From an uncultured delta proteobacterium (GTDB taxonomy: Bacteria > Myxococcota_A > Polyangia > Polyangiales > JAFGIB01), in NCBI GenBank assembly GCA_963778655.1, contig CAVZVA010000010.1:1504001-1568000 (forward strand): a stretch of DNA of 64,000 bases, read 5' to 3'. Position 1 is the first letter of the stretch; each line of letters starts with the position of its first letter. A program made the translations under genes and the position numbers. The notes beneath the pieces were generated by a model. The model searched no databases and was not told where the DNA came from. It was given only the letters and a program-made list of their open reading frames with translations. Below, piece by piece: positions 51,032 to 61,228 of this stretch.

Positions 51032-52864
51032 TCACGGCGCGCGCGCCGGGTCCGGCTGCGCCGCCCCCTGCGCCGCCACCCATTGCCGCGCCTCTGCTGC
51101 GACCATCGCCGCCGGCTCCGCCACGTCGAGCGGAAGCGGCTTGCCCGTGATGGTCTCGATCGCGTGCTTGGCGAAGAAGCGCACCAGCGGGTAGGGGTGC
51201 GAGAGCTGCGCCGCAAGCTGCGGCAGCGCGGCGGCCTCGCGCCGCTCTCCCAGCACCCCGATCGCCACCGCCTGCTCGTGCGGCTTGCCGTGCTGCAGCG
51301 TGCTCAGCATCACGTTGGCCCCGAGGTCCGCACCGTACAGTCGGTGCAGCGCGCCGCGGTCGTAATGCTTGCCCCAGAAGCGCTCCATCGCGCTCACCAG
51401 CTCTTCGACGCTCTTGTCCGCGTGACACAGCGCGCACTCTAGCGGGCGGTCGCCCAGCACGCGCGCCTCGTCGGTGGGCGAGCCGATGCGGTGATAGCGC
51501 GTGAGCGTGTAGTCCAGCCCCATGTTCTTGCGCGGCATGTGGCAATTCAGGCACGCGCTGCCCTCGCCGTTAGGCGCGTGGTGGGTGTGCGCCGCCAGCG
51601 CCGCGCGCGACCCCAGCTCGGCATGACAGCGCACGCACAGCTTGTTGCCCTGCGCGCCTCCCAGCGCCTGCAGGTGCTGCGCGCTGTCCTTCGCGTGCGG
51701 ATCGTGACAATCCACGCAGCTCAGCTGGCTCGAGCAGCCGCCCAGCAGCAGGTCGCGTGCCTCGCCCGAGTTGGTCGAGCTGCCGCCGGGGTGGGGCCCC
51801 CTGCGCCGGCCGCCCTCCCAGCTCCACGCATAGCCGCTAAACAGCACGGTGTGACAGCGCGCGCACACGTGATTGATGCGCTCGGCGCGCGTCGGTGCGT
51901 GCCCGTCCGGCGGCCCGAGCTGCAGCAGCGGGCTCTGCACGCCGAACGCCGGGCGCAGGCTGGGGTCGCCGGCGTGCTCGCGCGCGCCGCCGTGGCAGGC
52001 CTCGCAGCCGATGCCCACCTCGATCAGGTGCGCGCCCTGCAGCCTGCGGCGCGTCACGTTGGTGGCCTCGAGCAGCGCCTCCCGCAACGACGCGCGCGGG
52101 TCGGGCCGCTCGCCGCCCAGGAACGCGATCTCGTCGCCCAGCGCGCGCTGCAGTCGCGGCTCATCGCTCACGCTCGTGCGCCACAAGCGCGCGCTCGGCA
52201 GCAAGTGGTCGGATATGCTGCCCTGATAGCTCTTGGCGCCGGGGCCGAACAAGTCGTCGTACAGATAGGTGAGGTAGGGCAGCGTGTTGTGGCAGCCGAT
52301 GCAGGTCGCGCCCCAGATCGGGCCGGCCGACAGGCCCGGCCGCTCGGTCACCATCACCGAGTAACCCTTCGAGCGCCACGACGCGGTCGAGAACACGTAC
52401 GAGACCGGCATCACCAGCTCCGGCCCGTGCCCGCGCGAGCGCTCGGGGTCGGCGTCGCCGGTGACGTCGATGCCGACGAAGTCCTCGCGGATGCGCCCCC
52501 CGATCACCTTGGTGATGCGGTACAGGTGCTCGCCCTTGCGGTTCGATAGCCGCATGAAGCGCGCGCGCCCGATCCGCTCCATGCGTACGCTGTCGTCGCG
52601 CACCCGGAACTGGGTGCCGTCGAAGGGTGCGACGATGTGCGGGTGCGCCGCGCGCCGCGTCATCCCGTGCATCGGCGAGCGGCTCCAGCGCCGGTAGATC
52701 CCGCCGTGACACCGCCCGCACGCGCGCGAGCCCGCGTAGTCGGCGCGCAGGATGTTGCTGTGCACGCGCGGCGGCTCCGCGCGATCGGGGCGGGCTGAGC
52801 CTGGACCGGTGCCCCCGCCGCAGCCCCACGCGGCGCTCAGCAGGACCAGCGCGCGCGCGCCCAT
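51032..52864 (-). CDS. Octaheme c-type cytochrome lipoprotein with C-terminal HEAT-like repeat
   Basis: Eight CxxCH: CGRCH, CIGCH, CEACH, CARCH, CVDCH, CVRCH, CLNCH, CALCH; AAWGC lipobox-like; HPYPLVRFFA. Confidence 0.9.
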   Translation of the reverse strand: MGARALVLLSAAWGCGGGTGPGSARPDRAEPPRVHSNILRADYAGSRACGRCHGGIYRRWSRSPMHGMTRRAAHPHIVAPFDGTQFRVRDDSVRMERIGRARFMRLSNRKGEHLYRITKVIGGRIREDFVGIDVTGDADPERSRGHGPELVMPVSYVFSTASWRSKGYSVMVTERPGLSAGPIWGATCIGCHNTLPYLTYLYDDLFGPGAKSYQGSISDHLLPSARLWRTSVSDEPRLQRALGDEIAFLGGERPDPRASLREALLEATNVTRRRLQGAHLIEVGIGCEACHGGAREHAGDPSLRPAFGVQSPLLQLGPPDGHAPTRAERINHVCARCHTVLFSGYAWSWEGGRRRGPHPGGSSTNSGEARDLLLGGCSSQLSCVDCHDPHAKDSAQHLQALGGAQGNKLCVRCHAELGSRAALAAHTHHAPNGEGSACLNCHMPRKNMGLDYTLTRYHRIGSPTDEARVLGDRPLECALCHADKSVEELVSAMERFWGKHYDRGALHRLYGADLGANVMLSTLQHGKPHEQAVAIGVLGERREAAALPQLAAQLSHPYPLVRFFAKHAIETITGKPLPLDVAEPAAMVAAEARQWVAAQGAAQPDPARAP

Positions 52865-53165
52865 GCGCACGGCGCGGATGCGGCCGGAGCCCAGCCGTCG
52901 ATCGCTGCGCAGGGTCTCCAAGCCACGGCCTGCCCGCAAGCTCACGGCTCCGAATGCTACTGCAATTCAGCGCGCAAATGGCGCCCGCGGGCGCGGGGAA
53001 AGCCGTGCCGGAGGGACCCATTCACCCCGCCGATCGTGCACCGCCGCACATCCGAGCACCCTGAAGGCGGGCGCGCGCAGCCAGGCGCGCGGCACCCACC
53101 GATTCTGCGCGTTCTTCGCGTCCGCGGCTTCGGACGCCGCCTGAGCGCGATACAATCGAGCTTGG

Positions 53166-54143
53166 ATGTCGTCCCGGCCGTTGACGTTGCTGCTCTTGCG
53201 CGAGGGGCGCGACGCGATCCACTTGGAGCTGCCCGGTTCGTGGCGGCTGCTCCTGTTCGGGTCGCTGCTGGTGCCGCTGATGATGGGCGCGACCGCGCGT
53301 CGCTGCCTCGAGCTGCCTTCGCGCGCCGGCGGCTTATCGCTGCACGCGCGCGAGGTCGCCGGAAGCCTGCGCACGCTTGCGCTCGACACCGATAGCGGAG
53401 AGGCGCCGCCGCCGCCGGAGCGCTTGCACGTGCGCGTGCCGCGAGCGCTAGCCGAGGAGAAGACCTTCGCGGCCGCGGCGCCGCCGAGCCCGCCCGAGCT
53501 GTCGCGCGCGCCGCGCGCGGCCCCGGCCGTGCTCGCCTCGGCGACGCGCGCGGTGCTGTCGGCGCGCGAGATCGCCCGCGCCTTTCCCTCGCGCCACGGC
53601 ATCACCGCGGTCGACCCCCAGGCCGCCGACGAGCTCGCCCGAGGCTGGCTGCGTCTGTCCGCGCTGCACCTGGGCGAGTCGATCCGCGTGCGGCCGTTCG
53701 GCGACGACGGACGGCCACAGCCGGCGGCGTTCGACGCGCTGCGCCATCTGATGCGCTGCCGCGTCACCGGCGAGGAGGTCGCGATCGATCCGCGTCTGGT
53801 GCGGCTGCTGGTCCAGCTCTCCACCCACTACAACCGGCCGATCCAGCTGGTCTCCGGTCATCGCACCCCGTTCGTGATCGGCACCCATCCGACCAGCCAA
53901 CACGCGTTCGGGCGCGCGGCCGACATCCGCATCGCCGGCGTGCCGATCGAGTCGCTGCGCAGCACGGCGATCGAGCTGGGGGCGCGCGGCGTGGGCCTGT
54001 ATCCAGAGAAGGGCTTCGTCCACATCGATGTGCGCAACAAGCCCAAATACTTCTGGACCTATACGGAAGCCGAGGGCGAGCAAGCCGACATGCGACCGCC
54101 GAGCACCGCGTTTGCGTCCGGCGCCCGCGCATCGCTGCGCTGA
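53166..54143 (+). CDS. YcbK/DUF882 peptidase M15A family protein
   Basis: IDPRL; VSGHR; SQHAFGRAAD; GVGLYP..GFVHIDVR. Confidence 0.88.
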   Translation: MSSRPLTLLLLREGRDAIHLELPGSWRLLLFGSLLVPLMMGATARRCLELPSRAGGLSLHAREVAGSLRTLALDTDSGEAPPPPERLHVRVPRALAEEKTFAAAAPPSPPELSRAPRAAPAVLASATRAVLSAREIARAFPSRHGITAVDPQAADELARGWLRLSALHLGESIRVRPFGDDGRPQPAAFDALRHLMRCRVTGEEVAIDPRLVRLLVQLSTHYNRPIQLVSGHRTPFVIGTHPTSQHAFGRAADIRIAGVPIESLRSTAIELGARGVGLYPEKGFVHIDVRNKPKYFWTYTEAEGEQADMRPPSTAFASGARASLR

Positions 54144-54298
54144 GCAGCGGTTTGCGCGCCAGCAAAAGCCGACAGATCGGCGCGCTCCGGGCGCGTATTG
54201 CATTGTGCGCGCGTCTTGCGGTCCGACGCTGCCCCTCTACAGTACCGGACCAGGGGGCGGCGAGCGCCTCGCGAGTCTGGGTGTCGGAGAGGTGAGCC

Positions 54299-55687
54299 AT
54301 GCGAGAGTTGAGCATCGTCGGACGATGGGTGGGGTGTTGCGTGCTGGCCCTGGCCGCTGGCTGCGGCTCGAGCGGAAACGGGTCCGGGAGCTCCGGCAAG
54401 ACGGGGAGCAAGTCGGGAGGGCCGGCGGCCGACGGCGTGCCGTGCGACGTGGCTGACGTCGTCAGCAACAACTGCACGCTATGTCACGCAGCCAGCCCGA
54501 TCGGCGGCGCGCCGATGTCGCTGATGAAGCTCGCGGACTTCCACGCGGCCGCCAAGAGCGATCCGGCGCGCAAGGTCTATCAAGTGGTGCCGGAGCGCAT
54601 CAACGCCAGCGACATCGCGCGCCGCATGCCGCCGGCGTCGCGTAGCGCGCTCCGCGCCGCGGACCTGAAGACGCTCGACGACTGGGTCGAGGCGGGCGCG
54701 CCGGGCAGCAAGCAGTCGTGCGCGATCACAGCCTCGCCCGACCAGGACGGCGGCGCGGCGGGCGCGGCCGGCAGCACCGCCACCGGACAGACCGTGCCCG
54801 GCAGCGGCGGCGTCGAGATGACCAAGATCGAATACAACGACCCGTTGATGAAGTGCTATCGCTTCCTGGCGCACGCGGACGGCGACAAGCTGCAGCCCTT
54901 CGCGGTCAGCACCCAGCCCGACCAGTACGTCAACTTCGAGTTCGCCTCGCCTTGGACCGGTCTGGTCTACGCGCGCTCGTACGCGTCGGTGATCGACAAC
55001 GCCGCGGTGCTGCACCACTGGCTCTTCTACAAGAACGACAACGGCCAGCAGTCCAACGACGGGACCGCCAAGCCTTCGATCGGCGCGCACCCCGGCGGGC
55101 AGCTGGTCAACGGCTGGGCGCCGGGCGGCACGCCGACCTACCTCGATCCGGACGTCGGCGTCGAGATGCCCGATACCGCGACCTACACGCTGGAGATCCA
55201 CTACAACAACGGCACCGGCGCGACTGCGCCCGACTCGAGCGGGATCGAGGTGTGCGTGACGCCGACCGAGCCCACCTACGTGGCGACCATTTCGTGGCTC
55301 GGTACCGACAACATCAACGGCACGATGGCCTCGGGCACCTGCATGCCCACAGGCAGCGAGCGCATCCACATCATCGGGGCGACGCCGCACATGCACATCA
55401 AGGGCAAGCGCATGCAGGTGGTGCTGAACCGCGCCGACGGCAGCAGCGAGACGCTGCACGACATGCCGTTCGACTTCAACTACCAGATCGGCTACTCGCA
55501 GGACGCATGGGTCGAGCCCGGCGACAGCATCACCACCACCTGCTACTACAGCGCGCCTGCGACCTTCGGCCAGGCCACCACCGACGAAATGTGCTACTGG
55601 TTCGCGCTCTACTACCCGAAGCTGGCGCTGACCAACCACAACGTGATCGCCCAGCTCATCCACGGCCCCAACACCTGCCTGAACTGA
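54299..55687 (+). CDS. Lipoprotein: cytochrome c domain fused to copper type II (PHM/DBH-like) monooxygenase
   Basis: LAAGC; CTLCH...MPP...W; LHHW, WAPG, LEIHY, DSSG, PHMH, FDFNYQ, DEMC. Confidence 0.85.
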   Translation: MRELSIVGRWVGCCVLALAAGCGSSGNGSGSSGKTGSKSGGPAADGVPCDVADVVSNNCTLCHAASPIGGAPMSLMKLADFHAAAKSDPARKVYQVVPERINASDIARRMPPASRSALRAADLKTLDDWVEAGAPGSKQSCAITASPDQDGGAAGAAGSTATGQTVPGSGGVEMTKIEYNDPLMKCYRFLAHADGDKLQPFAVSTQPDQYVNFEFASPWTGLVYARSYASVIDNAAVLHHWLFYKNDNGQQSNDGTAKPSIGAHPGGQLVNGWAPGGTPTYLDPDVGVEMPDTATYTLEIHYNNGTGATAPDSSGIEVCVTPTEPTYVATISWLGTDNINGTMASGTCMPTGSERIHIIGATPHMHIKGKRMQVVLNRADGSSETLHDMPFDFNYQIGYSQDAWVEPGDSITTTCYYSAPATFGQATTDEMCYWFALYYPKLALTNHNVIAQLIHGPNTCLN

Positions 55688-55748
55688 AGGCTCAGCCCAG
55701 CCGCGGAGAGGCTCAGCGGTGATCGGCCACGACCGCTGGGACGCGCGC

Positions 55749-58700
55749 TTAGCCTTGCTGGGTGGCCGCGCTCACCACCACCGGCTCGCCCTGGGCGAGC
55801 GCTCCGGTGCGGTCCAGCTTGCGCCAGCCGTGGCGCGCCCCGCGCACCGCCGCGATCATCGCCTTGAAGCAGACGTAGTACATGATCTGGCGATAGGAGA
55901 AGCGCTGCACCAGCAGCAGCGACAGCCAGCGCAGCGGTTTGCGATCGAGCGAGAACGCCAGCAGCGAGCCGCAGATGTCCATCGCGAGAAACGCCAGATA
56001 GCCGGCCAGGAACGCGCGCCAGTCGCCGCGGAAGACCGACAGCACCATCATGATGTCGCCGATCGGGCTGAGCAGCGGGAACAGCCCCTGGAAGACCACC
56101 ATGTTCGGCAAACCGATCCAGCCCAGTGTCCCGCGGAAGAACGCCGGCCGGTGCTTCCACAGACACTGGTAGGTCCCGTAGGTCCAGCGGAAGCGCTGCC
56201 GCAGCAGCGCGCGCAGCGACTCCGGGGCCTCGGTCCGGCCGTAGGCTTCCGGCTCGTAGACCACGCGTCCGCCGCGCCGCAGGATGGTCAGCGTAAGGTC
56301 CGCGTCTTCGGTCAGGGTCTGGTCGCTGTAGCCGCCCGCGGCCAGCACCGCCTCGCGCCGCCATGCGCCCAGTGCTCCCGGCACCACCGAGATGCAGTTG
56401 AGCGCCGAGAACGCGCGCCGGTCGAAGTTCTGGCTGGTCACGTACTCGATCGCTTGGAACGCGGTGAACAAGCCGTTGACGTTGCCCACCTCGACGTTGC
56501 CGCAGACCGCCGTCACCTCGGGCGCGGCGAAATGTGCCAGCATCTTCGGAATCGACTGTGGCGAGACGATGGTGTCGGCGTCCACCGCCACCACGATCTG
56601 GCCCCGCGCGGCGTGCAGCGCGCGGTTGGCCGCGCTCGCCTTGCCGCCGTTGTGCTGCTTGATCAGGCGGATGCTCGGATGCGCCGCGGCCAGCGCCGCC
56701 ACCACATCCGCGGTGGCGTCGGTCGAGCCGTCGTCGACCACCAGGATCTCCAGCCTGTCGTAATCACTCGCGAGCAACGAGCGCAGCGTGGTGGCGATCA
56801 CCTTGGCTTCGTTGAACGCGGGCACGATCACGGTGACCAGCGGGTGGAAATCCTCGGGTGCCGCGGGCGCCTTGCTCTTGAGGTTCTTCAGCGTCAGCCC
56901 GCCCAGGAACACGATGCGGATGATCGACAGCACGGTGCAGACGAAGAACAGCACCGCGAGCGCGGTCCAACCCCAGCCGCGCGCGTAGGCCATGAAGGCG
57001 TCGCTGGCCGACAGCAGCCGGTCGCTCGGCGGCAGCGCCATCGCCAGCTCGTCGCGTCTGACCCCGAGCATCTGGTCGAGCGACACGAACTGGTAGCCGC
57101 GCTTGCGCAGCTCGGGCACCAGCTTGCGCACGGCGGCCACCGTGCGCGAGCGGTCGCCCCCGCCGTCGTGCATGACCACGATGCGCCCCACGCCGCTGGT
57201 CACGTCGTGCACGACGCGATCGACGATGTCCTGCGCGCTCTTGGCGTTCCAGTCGCTGGGATCGACGTTGGCGCCCACGAACAGGTACCCGTTCTGCAGC
57301 GCGATCCGCAGGTCCGCCAGATCGCCCGGCGAGTCCGGGTCGACCTCGGCCGTGTAGGGCGCGCGGAACAGCGGGGTGCGCTTTCCGGTCAGCCCCTCGA
57401 CCAGGCGCTGGGTGGCGGCGAGCTGCGCCGCGGCTTCGCGCGGCGTTAGCGTGTCCATGTGCGGGTGCGTGAACGAGTGGTTGCCGACCAGGTGCCCCTC
57501 GTCCGCCTCGCGCACCACCAGGTCGGGCGCGCGCATCGCCTGGTCGCCCACCACGAAGAAGGTGGCCGGGGCCTTCACCTCGCGCAGCGCGTCGAGCAGC
57601 GCGCCGGTGTTGCGCTCGTCGGGGCCGTCGTCGAAGGTCAGCGCCACGCGCTTGCCCTTGCCGCCCAGCCGCTCGACCACGTAGCCGCTGGGTACACGCG
57701 TGTAGATCCCGCTGGTGATCTCGCCGTCCTGGCCCAGCACGAGCGTGCGCGCACCCGACTGCGGTTCCCCGCGGATCGTGAACACCTCGCCTTGTCCGAA
57801 CAGGCCGACCGACTTGACCGGCGGCACGCTCGCCAGCACCTGCGGCGAGCGCGGCGGCGTGTCCGCGCCCAGCACCGACCACAGCGTTTCGTCTTCGGTG
57901 CCGAGCCGCCACAGGCCCACGCGCGAGACCTGCCGCGCGCGCAGCGCCGCCAGCTCGTCCCAGGTCGCCAGCGCGTCCTGGAACCAGACCTCGTGGGTGT
58001 CGCCCTGGTGATCGCGATAGCCGAAGTGGCCGTTCTCGATCTGCCGCTCGAACACCGGCTTCGCGTTGGCCGCGCGCGCCAGATCCATCGCGGCACGGAA
58101 GGACAGATCCTCTGCCGGCTGTTTGCCGCCGCCGAGCGTCCAGTCGTAACCGTAGCTGCCGAGCACCACCACCACGCGGTCGGCCGGCAGCCTGGGCAGC
58201 ACCTCGTCGAAGGACTCCTTGAGCCAGGTGCGCGAGGCGATCGGGCCCGGCGCCGACGACGGGTAGTGCTGGTCGTAGGCCATCACCATCACCGCGTCGG
58301 CGACGTTGCCGATGTACTCGAAGTCGAAGGCCGGATCGTGGAACGGCACGTCCACGGTCAAGCGCATCGAGTGCGCGTGCAGGGCGGCGCGCAGCTCCAC
58401 GATCAGCTCGAGAAACGCCTCCGAATCCTCGGGCTGCAGCTCCTCGAGATCGAGGTTGATGCCGGCGGCGCCAAGCGCCGAAAGCCGCGCCACCAACTTC
58501 TTCTCCAGACATTGGCGCGCCGCGTCGTCGGCCAGGAACTTCGAGGTCTCGGCGCCGCGCCAGGTGTCGCCGATCAGGTTTGCCAGGCGCGGGATCACCA
58601 GCACGTCGGTGCGACCCAGCACGCGCCGCGTCTTGTCGTCGACGTGCTCGACCAAATCGCAGCCGGGGCCCGGAAGCTCGAACCAATCGGGCACCACGAT

Positions 58701-59090
58701 GTCGATGTAGCCCACGTGGCGCTCGAGCGACGCCACCGAGGCCGGGTCGTCCTGCACCGCAAACGCGACCACCGCCCCCTGCGGCAGCGGCATCGCGCCG
58801 CCGCGCGCGTCGCCGACCAGCTTGTCGCGGCGCTTCTTTTCCTGCGCGCGGATCCACTTCATGTGCCGCTTCTGCTTGGCTGTGTAGACCGGGCGCAGGT
58901 CGTGCGCGAGCGAGGCGCGCACCAGCGTCGCCTGGACTTGGGAGCGCGCCGAGAGTGGATTGGGCACGTGCGGCGGCACCATCACGCTGGCGATCGTGAT
59001 GCCGAGCGCGCCCAGCGCCGCCACCACCAGCAGCGAGAATACGACCAGCGAGCGACGCCAGCGACGATGGGACGGGTCTTCGAAAATCAT
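55749..59090 (-). CDS. Trimodular GH18 + CE4/NodB polysaccharide deacetylase + GT2 (PgaC/IcaA-like) synthase
   Basis: GINLDLE, MAYDQH, WRLG; LTFDDGP, GNHSFTH, FRAPY, MHDGG; VPAFNE, DDGSTD, DADT, TED, QRFRW. Confidence 0.92.
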   Translation of the reverse strand: MIFEDPSHRRWRRSLVVFSLLVVAALGALGITIASVMVPPHVPNPLSARSQVQATLVRASLAHDLRPVYTAKQKRHMKWIRAQEKKRRDKLVGDARGGAMPLPQGAVVAFAVQDDPASVASLERHVGYIDIVVPDWFELPGPGCDLVEHVDDKTRRVLGRTDVLVIPRLANLIGDTWRGAETSKFLADDAARQCLEKKLVARLSALGAAGINLDLEELQPEDSEAFLELIVELRAALHAHSMRLTVDVPFHDPAFDFEYIGNVADAVMVMAYDQHYPSSAPGPIASRTWLKESFDEVLPRLPADRVVVVLGSYGYDWTLGGGKQPAEDLSFRAAMDLARAANAKPVFERQIENGHFGYRDHQGDTHEVWFQDALATWDELAALRARQVSRVGLWRLGTEDETLWSVLGADTPPRSPQVLASVPPVKSVGLFGQGEVFTIRGEPQSGARTLVLGQDGEITSGIYTRVPSGYVVERLGGKGKRVALTFDDGPDERNTGALLDALREVKAPATFFVVGDQAMRAPDLVVREADEGHLVGNHSFTHPHMDTLTPREAAAQLAATQRLVEGLTGKRTPLFRAPYTAEVDPDSPGDLADLRIALQNGYLFVGANVDPSDWNAKSAQDIVDRVVHDVTSGVGRIVVMHDGGGDRSRTVAAVRKLVPELRKRGYQFVSLDQMLGVRRDELAMALPPSDRLLSASDAFMAYARGWGWTALAVLFFVCTVLSIIRIVFLGGLTLKNLKSKAPAAPEDFHPLVTVIVPAFNEAKVIATTLRSLLASDYDRLEILVVDDGSTDATADVVAALAAAHPSIRLIKQHNGGKASAANRALHAARGQIVVAVDADTIVSPQSIPKMLAHFAAPEVTAVCGNVEVGNVNGLFTAFQAIEYVTSQNFDRRAFSALNCISVVPGALGAWRREAVLAAGGYSDQTLTEDADLTLTILRRGGRVVYEPEAYGRTEAPESLRALLRQRFRWTYGTYQCLWKHRPAFFRGTLGWIGLPNMVVFQGLFPLLSPIGDIMMVLSVFRGDWRAFLAGYLAFLAMDICGSLLAFSLDRKPLRWLSLLLVQRFSYRQIMYYVCFKAMIAAVRGARHGWRKLDRTGALAQGEPVVVSAATQQG

Positions 59091-61015
59091 GGCTGCACCT
59101 CGAAGCCGCCGAGGGCTACCGCGGTTCGCGGTCGTACGATGAAAAGTGGGTCGAACGCAACGGCGCGCTCCACAGACACGCCTGGGTCACGGGCTGCATA
59201 AGTTAGCACAGGGCTGCCGGCGAGCAGCAGAAGTTGGGGGCAGCCGGTGGCCTGCCAGTCGCTGCGCAGGCGCGGCCAGTCGCCCGCGCCATCGGCGAGC
59301 ACGTGCACCCGCGGGCGCGGCGTCAGCTGCGCAAATACGCCGTCGAGGTTGGCGTTGTCGGTCGCCGGCTTCCAAGCGCCGCGGCACACGTCCGGGTGGC
59401 GCTCCACGCCCAGAGCCCAGAATTCCGGCGCAATCCAAGCCGTTGCGTTGATTGCGTGGCGCGCGTCGTAGAACGCGCGCGTGCCTGCGCCCGCTGCGAG
59501 CCAACGCTGCACGGCGACTTTGGCGTCCTTGGCGTGGGTTACGGCGACTGCGCCTTCGGCGATGCACACGACGGCGCCGGCCGCCAACCACGCCGAGAGC
59601 CACGCGTGGCGGCCTGCGCCGACCAATGTCTCGGCTGCGATCGCGATCGCGAGCGCGCCGGCCCCCCAAAGCCATAGCGTGTAACGCGGCCACCAGCTCA
59701 TCGGCTGCAGCGCGAAGCACGCGGCGCTCAGCACCACCACCAGCGCCAGCAAGCTGCGTCCCTCGCGTCCACGGCGGCGGCGTCCTGCCATCACGAAGCC
59801 GATCGCCGGCAGCGCCAGCAGCGGCCAGGCGTAACCGAGCCCCGCCAGGCGCGAGTCGAAGTCGAGCGCCGGACCGCTCCACTGCAACCAGCTGTGCAGC
59901 ACGCGGCCGAGCGGGCCGAGCGCGCGCAGCTGCGGCGGCGTGTTGTGCGCGGTGTCGAGAATCGCATCCATGCTGCCGACGCCGCGCAGCAAGGTGTGCC
60001 CCGCCACGCGGATCTCCACCGGCCACAATGGGTTGCCCGTGTGCACCAGGTTGCGTGCCGCCCAGAACAAGCCGGGCGCGCTCCACGCCAGCGCCGTGCT
60101 CGTCCAGCGCACGGTCGAGGCCAAGCGCAGCGCCTGGCCGCGCGCGTTCCACGCGCGCACCACGACGAGCGCCAGCGCGCACAGCGCGACGAAGCCCAGG
60201 CCCGTGCCCTTGAGCGCGAGCGCGTGCGCCGCGGCCATGCCGGTGGCGGCCAGCAGCAGCGGGTCGGGACGCGGCGCGCGCGCAAGCAGCGCAGTGCAGC
60301 ACAGCAGCGCCACGCTGGCGCCGGCAAAGGCGGCGTCCACGTAGCCGCTCGCGGCGTTGAGCAGCATCATCGGCACCAGCACGAACACGGCGCTCGCGGC
60401 GGCCGCGAGCTCGCGACGCACGCCGGCCGCGCGCGCGCTGGCGAAGATCGCGAGCGCGCCGGCCGCGACATAGACGAAGCTGGTGGTGCTGGCGAAGCGC
60501 AGCGAGCCGGTGGCGGCCGCGAGCACTGCCGACACCGCCTCTTGCCCCAGCGGGTAACCGTTGCGCACCGGGTCGTCGCTGACCACCCAGGCGATGCGCC
60601 CGGCGTCGAGCCATTGCGCGATCACGGGCAGCCGATAGGCGAGCGCGTCATACGCCACCACCGGCAGGGTGGATGCGCACAGCACGCCGAGCGCGAACGC
60701 GAGCGCGCCGGCGGCGCACAGCGCGCGCGCGGCCAGGCGCGCGGCGCCGACCAGGGGCGGCGGCGGCACCAGGCCGCTGTCGGGCTCGCGGCTGTCCTGC
60801 GCGCGCAGCGCGAGGCGGGCGAGCCAGAACGTCAAAGCGGCAGCCCCTGAGAGCAGCCCCAGCGCCGCGTCACGGTGCGCGAGCGGCCGGGCGCCCAGCG
60901 CCGAGCTGAGCACTACGGCTGCGTGCACGAACCAGGGAAAGCCCAGTGCCACGAGCAGCGCCGCCCCTGCCGGGCCGGCGACGGGCGACCGCGGCGTCTG
61001 CAAGGGTGGGGTCAT
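59087..61015 (-). CDS. Multi-pass GT-C-like membrane protein, coupled to the synthase gene
   Basis: ATGA overlap; YDALAYRLP, YPLG.E, GYVD, K..G, RN...TGNP.WP, RY; many TM. Confidence 0.65.
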   Translation of the reverse strand: MTPPLQTPRSPVAGPAGAALLVALGFPWFVHAAVVLSSALGARPLAHRDAALGLLSGAAALTFWLARLALRAQDSREPDSGLVPPPPLVGAARLAARALCAAGALAFALGVLCASTLPVVAYDALAYRLPVIAQWLDAGRIAWVVSDDPVRNGYPLGQEAVSAVLAAATGSLRFASTTSFVYVAAGALAIFASARAAGVRRELAAAASAVFVLVPMMLLNAASGYVDAAFAGASVALLCCTALLARAPRPDPLLLAATGMAAAHALALKGTGLGFVALCALALVVVRAWNARGQALRLASTVRWTSTALAWSAPGLFWAARNLVHTGNPLWPVEIRVAGHTLLRGVGSMDAILDTAHNTPPQLRALGPLGRVLHSWLQWSGPALDFDSRLAGLGYAWPLLALPAIGFVMAGRRRRGREGRSLLALVVVLSAACFALQPMSWWPRYTLWLWGAGALAIAIAAETLVGAGRHAWLSAWLAAGAVVCIAEGAVAVTHAKDAKVAVQRWLAAGAGTRAFYDARHAINATAWIAPEFWALGVERHPDVCRGAWKPATDNANLDGVFAQLTPRPRVHVLADGAGDWPRLRSDWQATGCPQLLLLAGSPVLTYAARDPGVSVERAVAFDPLFIVRPRTAVALGGFEVQP

Positions 61016-61228
61016 GCGATGCACCTGGAACACGGGTGGCGAACCGGACTTCGGCCTCGGCGATGGCTTCGACGTGCGTCGCGGGTCAAACTTTCCTCCC
61101 GAACGCGCGAAGTGCAACACGACCCGGGTATCCTTCGTCGACCGCGCGCGTCTAAGCGCGACACCACCCCCGTATCGTTGGGAGCTCGTCGGCTGCGGGG
61201 CCGGCCCGACAAACGATCCACCGCCACC

